Source: a bacterium (lineage in GTDB: Bacteria > Muiribacteriota > UBA6191). Taken from it: DNA of 20,614 bases. The position numbers and the translations under genes were made by a program. The DNA lies in contig JAYZAC010000157.1 of the NCBI GenBank assembly GCA_036339875.1, forward strand, positions 1-20,614, read 5' to 3'. Positions 1 to 8,016 of the stretch are shown one piece after another (positions within the stretch are counted from its first letter, which is position 1; each line of letters begins with the position of its first letter). The notes under the pieces are model-generated. The model ran no database searches. It saw only the letters and a program-made list of their open reading frames with translations, and was not told where the DNA came from.

Positions 1-551
1 CCACGCCCAAGAATTTCGCCACGCTTTAACCCTTCATCGAGGGAGTCCTGATCAAAACCCTGCCCAAGAACAATAAATTTACTTAATTTATCTTTGGAGG
101 ATTTCTTTTTAGATTTATATTGCTCAAATCGGTTGAGTCCCATTATTAAACCTTCAGCAGTAACAACTCCCAGATTGAAAGAATCTAATGCTTTATATGG
201 CTCCAACAAGAATGAGCTCTCCTGCTGCCCAGCCTTACGTGCAGTTCTTGCTCCCTTAGCAGCAAGAAATCTAACTGTATCCTGATTAAATTTTTCTCGC
301 TTTCCACAGCCTAAGATAATTATTTTTTGTACAGGTAAATCAACTCTATGCAAAATATGGAATTCTTTAAGTTCGCCACGAATTTCGCCACGATCAATAA
401 GTTTCGATATCGTACCTTCATACATCTGATCAAGCTGTTTGCTCAACTCTCCTTCAAGACCCTCACCCTCGAAAAGACCTAGTATCAGACCCTCGGTGAC
501 CAAGTCGTCTATTTTTGAATGCTTTAATTGTATAGCAAGATTAGAGCTCAT
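1..551 (-). CDS. pepA: Leucyl aminopeptidase (M17 family), N-terminal part; runs off the window edge
   Basis: Not in the ORF track. Manual translation from the ATG at 551 (SD GGAGGT at 556-561, minus) is open to position 1: MSSNLAIQLKHSKIDDLVTEGLILGLFEG...LDQMYEGTISKLIDRGEIRGELKEFHILH...KIIILGCGKREKF...VTAEGLIMGLNRFEQYKS...GLKRGEILGR. This matches the M17 N-terminal domain pattern. Confidence 0.85.
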   Translation of the reverse strand, partial: MSSNLAIQLKHSKIDDLVTEGLILGLFEGEGLEGELSKQLDQMYEGTISKLIDRGEIRGELKEFHILHRVDLPVQKIIILGCGKREKFNQDTVRFLAAKGARTARKAGQQESSFLLEPYKALDSFNLGVVTAEGLIMGLNRFEQYKSKKKSSKDKLSKFIVLGQGFDQDSLDEGLKRGEILGR

Positions 552-700
552 AATTACCTCCGAAAACAATGTCTGGCATCAAACTGCCAGAGCTGCTTAG
601 AAGCAATAATCCGTTTTAAAGAATAACGCTCCAAGCTGGAACTAATAGCTGACGAAATCGTCTTGGACAAAGATACTGAAGGAAAGGCATGATGAAAATA

Positions 701-729
701 TTGACAGTTAAACAAGCCAGAGATACAAT
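701..729 (+). promoter_or_regulatory. Sigma-70-type promoter for ferredoxin
   Basis: TTGACA (701-706), 17 nt spacer, TACAAT (724-729), upstream of the ATG at 758. Confidence 0.75.
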
Positions 730-757
730 CGCGCCCTTGAGCGCCTAGGGGGACAAA

Positions 758-994
758 ATGGCTGAAATAGAAAATAAATATGAAAATAATGCTAGTGGCA
801 AATTTTATGTCGATGACCAATGTATTGACTGCGATCTTTGTAGGTCTACAGCACCTGACAATTTCACCACAGAAGACGACATGGGATACTCTTACGTTTA
901 CAAGCAGCCAGGTAACGATGAGGAGATGGAGCTATGCATCGAAGCTATGGAAAATTGTCCCGTAGAAGCCATTGGAGATGATGGCGGGAACTAG
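758..994 (+). CDS. Small acidic single-cluster [4Fe-4S] ferredoxin
   Basis: 78 aa with CIDCDLC...ENCP cysteine motif, acidic composition and a G-rich SD (AGGGG) upstream. Confidence 0.9.
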   Translation: MAEIENKYENNASGKFYVDDQCIDCDLCRSTAPDNFTTEDDMGYSYVYKQPGNDEEMELCIEAMENCPVEAIGDDGGN

Positions 995-1015
995 TACATC
1001 TTCTTTTTTGAAAGT

Positions 1016-1042
1016 AAGACCGACTGAGTTCGGTCTTTTTTT
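1016..1042 (+). terminator. Intrinsic terminator after ferredoxin; may also act on the convergent minus-strand gene
   Basis: AAGACCGA-ctgagt-TCGGTCTT stem-loop followed by a T run to 1042. Confidence 0.8.
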
Positions 1043-1081
1043 GTTGAACTAGGGTTGATCTAATTCGTGATCGACAGACAA

Positions 1082-1669
1082 CTAAGCTTGAAGGTCAATA
1101 TTTAGTCTGGGTGGAGAAACTGGAACCACGCTTATGTCTATTCTAGTTGAACTTCCTTCCGTAGTAGTCGGTGGTCTGTAATTAAAATCTATCGAGAATT
1201 GACTATTTTCGAAGACGTCAACTCTCCCTTCTTGAAAATCCACCGCCACCTTTCCTGGCTCTCCTATGTTTATAATTGGGCGATTCTTTGGAATCGCTGC
1301 TAGCTGTACCGATGGACTGTAAACACCGGTGCTCTTGGCAATACTCGTTGTAGCACCTTTAGGATCATTGAGATATTGATCGCCCTCGGAGGTAATCCTA
1401 GAAACAGCCGATTGAGCTTCATTTTTTGCGCGACTCTTACCCTCTTCAGTTAATTCTTTCGGTCGCCGAAAACCCAACTCACTTTGAATCGCCCTTGTGC
1501 TAACATCAATTTTGGTAGCCTCCGCACTAGATATCTCTAATCTAGGCTTGGAGATCTGGATCTGGGAACTTTGAATAGGAGCAGTCGATTGGATATCGAG
1601 ATCCAATCTGGCCGGATTAACCTGTATTCGACCCAATTGCATTTGCACATCGAGTCTCGCTGTCAGCAT
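1082..1669 (-). CDS. yviE: YviE/DUF6470-like flagellar-locus hypothetical protein
   Basis: Follows flgL as yviE does in Bacillus-type operons. Sequence features ...KIDVSTRAIQSELG...AVSRITSEGD... and a C-terminal IDLQA fit the family. SD GGAGG is present. Recognised by pattern and synteny only. Confidence 0.65.
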   Translation of the reverse strand: MLTARLDVQMQLGRIQVNPARLDLDIQSTAPIQSSQIQISKPRLEISSAEATKIDVSTRAIQSELGFRRPKELTEEGKSRAKNEAQSAVSRITSEGDQYLNDPKGATTSIAKSTGVYSPSVQLAAIPKNRPIINIGEPGKVAVDFQEGRVDVFENSQFSIDFNYRPPTTTEGSSTRIDISVVPVSPPRLNIDLQA

Positions 1670-1721
1670 TTATTCCTCCGTGAATTTGTGCTTTAACGTC
1701 CGTAGACGTCCTAACAGGTAT

Positions 1722-1730
1722 ATTATAGCA
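1722..1730 (-). promoter_or_regulatory. Possible extended -10 promoter for the yviE-like gene
   Basis: TGCTATAAT on the minus strand about 50 nt upstream of the ATG; no good -35. Confidence 0.4.
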
Positions 1731-1834
1731 AAAATACTCGATATAAATCGAATCTACCGGCACTCAGTCAAGACCTCCGTGTCAAGACCAACTATCCTTT
1801 CTCAGTTCACCAGATCACTAACCTCCATAAATTA

Positions 1835-4800
1835 CTATCTTAAAAAATCTAATAACGTTTGCTGAACCATACGAGAGCCCACACTTAAAGCCGCTCTTTG
1901 AGCAATTTCAAGACGACGCAAATCAATTATAGCGTCCGTAATATTTAAATCCTGATTATCGCTCAATCGTCGAGTCAATTCGATTTTTGTTGTATCTAAT
2001 CTCTCTGAATTAACCTCGAAACGATTAACTACCGAACCCACTCGTGCTCGAAGCTGAAGAATCTTTTGTTCGTCTTCTCCTACTTTTTCTAAAATATCGT
2101 CACTGATATTTTTTGGAGCATTTCGAAATAAACTATCTCGGAAATCTATCAAAGTTTGAAAAATACTACGAGTAGAGGACATACCCAATTGAGAGGCACT
2201 ATTCCCATCGATTGTATCGCGAACTTTTATATATGAGGAATCACTATTCGAAGTAATATCAATAGTCGGACCGGAATTATTCATACCAATACTTGCCGTA
2301 ATTTTTAAATCACTCAGATCTTGGTTAATTTTATCTAATACATAAGCCATAGTTGGCTTAATATTAACGTCCCCGGACATAATCACAGGAGAGCCATTAC
2401 CTTTTGAACCTGAGTCACGAAGTAAGCCAAGATCGCCGGCCGTGGAAGAATCTAAAATACCATCTCCATTTAAGTCGCGTTCATTGATAGATATGGTAGG
2501 CCCATTTTCACCGGAAACAAGTATCTTGAAATTGCCAGACTCTTCATCTTCAGCTATTGTTAGCTTATCTACTCCAAAACCAGAGGTTCGCTTAGCTTTG
2601 TCAATAGCTATATCCAAGGCACTTTGTAAATCATGAAGAGTCGAGTTATTGTTAAAGAAAGGCTTAGATTGATACTCTTTATCCATGCTTGAATGTAAAT
2701 TTTCTACACCTTGAAAAATACTGACAGAGTAATTATTCAAACTTGTATCAAATGTTGCTACATCAGCATCTATATCAATAAAACTACCTCCAGCATCTAC
2801 AAAGTTTACTCTGAACTTTCTGAATCGCGATTCATTACCATTTGAATCACTACTAATTTCTAAATAGTCTCCAGCTTTTACATTACTGAAGTCACCAACA
2901 GTAGCCGCTGTCAACCTCGTTGAGGGTGCATTATTACTAGCCGTCACCTGCGGCACCTCCAACGCTGTATACTTAGAAAGATTATTTGATAGATCCACAA
3001 TGGCTTGATTACCAAATTGATCTTGAATTACAAACCCTGAAGCTGGTCGACCAACATCGACACCACCTCTATACAAACCTGCTATAGGATCGTAACGCCC
3101 ATTCTGAAACGCCTTAAAGGGTGTGTCCATAGTCACGGGAGGATCACTCAAATCTATGCTCCCGCTTGCTTTGCCATTTTCTATATATAAGTTTTTCAAT
3201 TGATCTTCAAATGAGGTGCTGATACCTTCGTTATTAGGCATAATCTCAGATAGTAAAATATTACGATCTACGCCGGGCTCAAGATTTCCCGACTCAATAT
3301 TTAAAGTACTATTTCCAATTGATCCCGTTCCAACTAGTATCTTTAAATCTGAGGCAGTACTTCCAAGACCCTCAACTACTTCAATTCGCCCCGAAGTAGT
3401 ATCTGCAATTCCATTAGAATCAAGTCGATGTTGCCCCTTCAAAGAAATTGTCCCAATAGGATCAATATTAAATTCAACTTCATAACCTAAGCCCGTTATC
3501 TGCTCTCCAATGATTCCAGTTACCCCGAGAATTGGGGAACTCAACTGCCCTCCTGGTTTTATTCCAAGAGTTCTTAAAAATTCCAAGGTTTCCTTATTCA
3601 AACCGTTTATCGTTAAATTAGAGCCAGCGGCCAATCCAGTTTGATCACGAAGTAGTAGACGACGATTTCGATGATCCGTATTAATAGTGTTAGTAGCATC
3701 AGCAATCTCAAGTGTTGCCGTTCCGTTAAATATTGAATTTGCACCAGTACCATTGAAAGCTGCAATAAAATCACCCAGTGTAGAGGTCTCAGTCATTGCA
3801 TTAAAAGGTGCAACCGTATCAACTTCTGCAGGGTTTCCAGCATCAAAAGGGATATTCACAGGAAAAGTAATACCTAGATCCGAAAGTAACGGATAAGTAA
3901 TATTATTACTCGTATCAAATTCTGAAAGAGTCGCTGGTTTCATTGAGCTTACCTCAATGTATTCTTGAATATCTCCCAACTGCAATTCACGTCTATCTCT
4001 CTGTCTTATATAAGTTAATTTATCTAGGTCAACCTCCAAGCTACCAATACCAGTTGCATCATTGATGAAAAAATTTGAACTTTGAATACCACCGGTATGC
4101 TCCCTTTGGATAAATAGGTCATTGGTATTATGCGTATGATTAAAATCTGTTAATGTTATGCTATCGCCAAATAAATCTTCCATAGTCCTGGCACCCAGAG
4201 CATCTGCTCCCGGCGACGGTGCCGGTGTATCATCTTTACCAATACGTATAGGATAGTCAGAAACAATTTTTAATCCGCCATCTTTTCTAAACTTTAATTG
4301 AACTGAAGCATCAAAATTATCATCCGCAGATATTTCCTGCTGTATTAAATGATTCAGATTTTCGTATGTTGGATTATCTGGGAGATTCTTAAAATCAATA
4401 ATCAATCGCTGATAATTTCCTGCACCATCATCAATGAGCGATTCAATCTTCAAAACGCCAGATACATCAATATTTTCAATTGGATAAGCTGCAAATTCTG
4501 GATTTGGAACCGATCCTCCTATGCTTCTCAATTCCGTTTTACGGGTGAGGCGGTGATTCAGGTCGACACTTCCTGATAAAGTATTCAAAGCACTAGTTTG
4601 TAATCTAACCGAACGTATCGAACTTACCTCATCATCAATCGCACCTTCACCGGTTATTGAAGATATACTATCTTCGGCTCTAGCTTCTTTTTGAGCATAT
4701 TTTTTACTCAAACCCAATTCGTCAGCTAACTTTTCAAATACACTTAGATCTTTTCCTCGTAAGACGCCATCTACAGATACTCCAACACCAATACCATTCG

Positions 4801-7800
4801 TTATCAGACCTAAATCATGAGCCGTAGTCCGTCCTTCAACCTCAGTAACCCTAAGTTCTCCTCCCGCCAAATCTTTCAATTTTAAACCTGTTCTATCATC
4901 GTTTAATGAGGCTCTTACATTTACTCGTCTATGCACGAGAAATCCAGTTTCAAATGGAGATGACTTGCCTACAGTAGCAAACTTTAACTGAGTTGCTGAA
5001 CTACCGTTTACATCAGTAATCGAGATATTTCCACTTTCAGAACCACCAAAAGAATCAGTGAATTCAAAGTTTATAGTTCTTTGATCACGGTTTAGCTTTA
5101 AGTGCATATCGGCTTGTACCACTCCTATTTGGCCTTTAACCGTGTCACGAAGTTGTTGCATTGTAGAACTCTGATTGAGTGTTGTAAGATCCACAAGTGC
5201 ACTACCACTGGAAGTAGCTAAAGTAAATGTTCCAAGTGGAAAAGTAAGCCCCTCTATATTCTTTAAGGTAGTCTTTTCGCTAATTTCCTCATTGCTTAGA
5301 TTAATTCTATTAATTACATCTTCAAGTGTATTTGCGTCCTGAAAATCTATTACCTGACTAACTCCTCCAGAGTCCGTAATCCTAATTTTATAGTTATTTA
5401 TCCCACCACCCTCATTTAAGTTAAAAATAGAAGTCTGAAGACCAATTGCATTTTCAACTGATACGCGATATTTTCCGCGTTCAGAAGGAGATCTCTGATC
5501 CTCAAAAACTAATTGGGAAGTCACCTCATCCATTCTAGCAGCTACACCAATTCTAGAGGCCTCAGCATTTATTGCATCAAGTAATTCACCAACTGTGTGA
5601 ATAGTATCTCCTACGCTATTTAGATCTATCAATACTGAAGCACCACCATCATAAACTTCCTTGGCTCCTCGCAAAGGAGTTCCAATACCAAGGGTATCCA
5701 CAAAAGAAGAACCTCCAAAATCTTCAACAAAAAAGTTACCTGATCCACCGGAGCTATCCACAAATTTTATCCCATAACCATCGGGAGAAATCTCGGCAGT
5801 TACTAATGAGTCAGAACTATTAAACAGATTAATAAAATCCTCAACCGTACTCTCGTCAGTCATAGTATTTAGATCAATCAACTTTTCTTTACCCGAAGAA
5901 TCCTGAACTCTTATCTGACCGTTATTTGTAGAATTTGATATATTTTGCTTTCCAGTCCACTCTGATAAAAGTAATCGTTCATCAAATGCAATACCGGGAA
6001 AATCGTAATTCGCCTCACTCACGTTAGGGAAATCAGCATTGACTGATAAAAAAGGCTTCAATAAGCCAACATCAAATGCAACCGTGCTAGTGCCAATATC
6101 TACAACAGATTGTAGCTCTGCTCCCCAAACTGCCGCGCTAGCCAATTCCATTCGCTGTCCATCCGCAGACAACTGGAAACCATTACCCCCGAATAATGCA
6201 ATCGATTGCCCATTCAAAGCATTAATAATATCGTTCATCGATGACTGCTGATTGAGTTGCGTATCTCCCAGATTAAATGAATGAATAGTCCCATCACCCA
6301 AATAAACTGAAAAACGCCCATTTAGATCCTGCCTGGTCAAACGAGTCTGTACTTGAGTATGAATATCTTGTAAAGATACTGTATTTAATGCTCCCAGAGC
6401 CGGTACGTTATTACCTAAGATATCGGTTGAAGGACCGCCCAACATCGCATTTAATTCTACACGCTCAAGTCCACCATCTGGATACTGAACTTCGAAATAA
6501 GAACTTCCCACACTTGTATCAATATCTGTAGCTATTTTGGTCGTACCTACTTGGTTGTTTAGTTGTAATAAAATATCATCAACCGTAGTACTGCCTGGCA
6601 TGTAATTAAAAGTAAGAGGAGTGCGAGTTCCAGTACCATCGTCATATGTAAAAATTTGAGCATCCTTTGCAGAAGGATCTATCTCGATGTAATCTGCTCC
6701 ACCTTGAAACTGAATTTGTCCTGACATTACCTCAGACACACTAGAAAAACGAATGCCTCCAAAATCATTGAACATCCCAACTTCAGAAGCGCCGGCATCA
6801 ATTGTTTTTGGTTGAATTGAAGTAATCAATCCCAGATCTTGCATGAAAGTCGAAATTAATTGACCCCCTGCAGGATTATCGACTGTTTCATCAGTTGCCG
6901 AAGGAACTCCTCCACCATTAGCATTATCGATCATTTTAATCTGATCTGCCTCTATAAAAAATCTTAGCTTGGGCCCAGCGGGATTAACCGCGGGATCATA
7001 AGTCTGTGCATTCAAAAATCCAACCACCTGTGATATTGTCGCATCAGAGTTCGAAATCGGAGCTACATTAGTATTGAAAGTTGTCGAGGTACCAGCCGAG
7101 TCTGTTAAAGTTGAATCACCAAGAGTAACTATTTCTCCGAACTTATCACGACCAACCCCCCTACCATTATTTAGTAAAGACAAAGGGGTCGAATTATCTA
7201 CAGTTCCCGATGGATTTGTATCGCCTCTCAAGGTGAGTCCTCGAGTATTATGTACTCTTAAATAACCTGCTGATATACCATTCGTATTTTTGGCCGTCAC
7301 AAGATTTTCAAGTAGCGAGTTTGAGTTTATATTTACTTTTTTTTGGATTAATTTAGGAGCTGAATTATTGATTTTTTCATCGTAGAAAAACATCTCCTGA
7401 CCAGTAACATTAGAATCTACTGACAGATCCTGATCCACCTCAATTGCTGAATACTCTCCATCTCCTCGGTATATTACCTGAGTGATGTTATTTGAATTGA
7501 TGTCAATACGCTCTTCGCCATCAATGGTTACAATATCACTAACTTCACCATCGTCTGAACCGCGTACTACTTCAAATGGCTTCAACCCAGACTCATGACC
7601 CGAAAATAAAGGAGTCCCACCAACGGTAGAATTTCCAATCTGAACCATAGATTCCAAAAGTTGATTTACCTCTACAGCAATAGCATCTCGCTCATCACCC
7701 GATAAAGAAGCATTGGATGCTTGTACCGCCAACTCTCTTACACGCATAAGTATAGAAGTCACATCTCCAAAAACACTGTCCACCGTATTTAACTCTGAAA

Positions 7801-8008
7801 GAGACTGCTGAATATTCTCTTTAAATTGAGCCGTATCGGCCAACTGAGATTCTATTCCAACTATGTTTGAAGCCGCAATTGCATCATCTTCTGGTCTTTC
7901 TACTCTTTTTCCTGAAGATATACTCGAATTAACCTTAAATAAATCCTGATTGGTATTATTTAAACTCTTCAGAAAGTTGTTAATCAACGCTTGATTGGTC
8001 ACTCTCAT
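1835..8008 (-). CDS. flgL: Giant flagellar hook-associated protein 3 (FlgL), 2057 aa, with large repeat insertion
   Basis: N-terminus MRVTNQ...SSGKRVERPEDD...RVRELAVQASNAS...LFSG...IYRGD. C-terminus RARVGSVVNRFE...AALSVGSRMVQQTLLDFLR. Starts 8 nt downstream of the flgK stop, with SD AGGTGA. Confidence 0.93.
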   Translation of the reverse strand: MRVTNQALINNFLKSLNNTNQDLFKVNSSISSGKRVERPEDDAIAASNIVGIESQLADTAQFKENIQQSLSELNTVDSVFGDVTSILMRVRELAVQASNASLSGDERDAIAVEVNQLLESMVQIGNSTVGGTPLFSGHESGLKPFEVVRGSDDGEVSDIVTIDGEERIDINSNNITQVIYRGDGEYSAIEVDQDLSVDSNVTGQEMFFYDEKINNSAPKLIQKKVNINSNSLLENLVTAKNTNGISAGYLRVHNTRGLTLRGDTNPSGTVDNSTPLSLLNNGRGVGRDKFGEIVTLGDSTLTDSAGTSTTFNTNVAPISNSDATISQVVGFLNAQTYDPAVNPAGPKLRFFIEADQIKMIDNANGGGVPSATDETVDNPAGGQLISTFMQDLGLITSIQPKTIDAGASEVGMFNDFGGIRFSSVSEVMSGQIQFQGGADYIEIDPSAKDAQIFTYDDGTGTRTPLTFNYMPGSTTVDDILLQLNNQVGTTKIATDIDTSVGSSYFEVQYPDGGLERVELNAMLGGPSTDILGNNVPALGALNTVSLQDIHTQVQTRLTRQDLNGRFSVYLGDGTIHSFNLGDTQLNQQSSMNDIINALNGQSIALFGGNGFQLSADGQRMELASAAVWGAELQSVVDIGTSTVAFDVGLLKPFLSVNADFPNVSEANYDFPGIAFDERLLLSEWTGKQNISNSTNNGQIRVQDSSGKEKLIDLNTMTDESTVEDFINLFNSSDSLVTAEISPDGYGIKFVDSSGGSGNFFVEDFGGSSFVDTLGIGTPLRGAKEVYDGGASVLIDLNSVGDTIHTVGELLDAINAEASRIGVAARMDEVTSQLVFEDQRSPSERGKYRVSVENAIGLQTSIFNLNEGGGINNYKIRITDSGGVSQVIDFQDANTLEDVINRINLSNEEISEKTTLKNIEGLTFPLGTFTLATSSGSALVDLTTLNQSSTMQQLRDTVKGQIGVVQADMHLKLNRDQRTINFEFTDSFGGSESGNISITDVNGSSATQLKFATVGKSSPFETGFLVHRRVNVRASLNDDRTGLKLKDLAGGELRVTEVEGRTTAHDLGLITNGIGVGVSVDGVLRGKDLSVFEKLADELGLSKKYAQKEARAEDSISSITGEGAIDDEVSSIRSVRLQTSALNTLSGSVDLNHRLTRKTELRSIGGSVPNPEFAAYPIENIDVSGVLKIESLIDDGAGNYQRLIIDFKNLPDNPTYENLNHLIQQEISADDNFDASVQLKFRKDGGLKIVSDYPIRIGKDDTPAPSPGADALGARTMEDLFGDSITLTDFNHTHNTNDLFIQREHTGGIQSSNFFINDATGIGSLEVDLDKLTYIRQRDRRELQLGDIQEYIEVSSMKPATLSEFDTSNNITYPLLSDLGITFPVNIPFDAGNPAEVDTVAPFNAMTETSTLGDFIAAFNGTGANSIFNGTATLEIADATNTINTDHRNRRLLLRDQTGLAAGSNLTINGLNKETLEFLRTLGIKPGGQLSSPILGVTGIIGEQITGLGYEVEFNIDPIGTISLKGQHRLDSNGIADTTSGRIEVVEGLGSTASDLKILVGTGSIGNSTLNIESGNLEPGVDRNILLSEIMPNNEGISTSFEDQLKNLYIENGKASGSIDLSDPPVTMDTPFKAFQNGRYDPIAGLYRGGVDVGRPASGFVIQDQFGNQAIVDLSNNLSKYTALEVPQVTASNNAPSTRLTAATVGDFSNVKAGDYLEISSDSNGNESRFRKFRVNFVDAGGSFIDIDADVATFDTSLNNYSVSIFQGVENLHSSMDKEYQSKPFFNNNSTLHDLQSALDIAIDKAKRTSGFGVDKLTIAEDEESGNFKILVSGENGPTISINERDLNGDGILDSSTAGDLGLLRDSGSKGNGSPVIMSGDVNIKPTMAYVLDKINQDLSDLKITASIGMNNSGPTIDITSNSDSSYIKVRDTIDGNSASQLGMSSTRSIFQTLIDFRDSLFRNAPKNISDDILEKVGEDEQKILQLRARVGSVVNRFEVNSERLDTTKIELTRRLSDNQDLNITDAIIDLRRLEIAQRAALSVGSRMVQQTLLDFLR
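2171..7380 (-). repeat. Protein-level repeat region in FlgL: about 11-13 diverged copies of a flagellin-IN-like domain
   Basis: Recurring elements: T.L..LN.G.G, I.I.D..G...IDL, helix [ST]T..D(I/L)...(I/L)N (13 instances) and closing [ST]A.DLGL-like motif (11 instances). No obvious nucleotide-level identity. Confidence 0.75.
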
Positions 8009-8016
8009 ATTTTCAC

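Noticed and set aside
94..285. Plus-strand 63-aa ORF, and the other short ORFs antisense to or overlapping real genes (554-820, 780-965, 1680-1865, 2442-8789 set, 11733-12727 set, 14025, 15463, 17019, 19996)
   Set aside because: Shadow frames of well-supported genes; no recognisable motifs.
11..392. Repeated TTCGCCACG / AATTTCGCCACG at about 12-23, 372-380 and 381-392
   Set aside because: These encode recurring RGE(I) peptides inside pepA. Too short and irregular for CRISPR or a regulatory array.
649..690. CTGACGA...GAAA resembling a hammerhead ribozyme core
   Set aside because: The stem II closing pair and stems I/III cannot be formed properly.
1835..8008. Alternative reading of the giant ORF as a flagellin, an intein-containing protein or a read-through fusion
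   Set aside because: MRVT start, YRGD motif, LLDFLR end and position after flgK indicate FlgL. The protein has no cysteine and I see no intein splice or homing endonuclease motifs.
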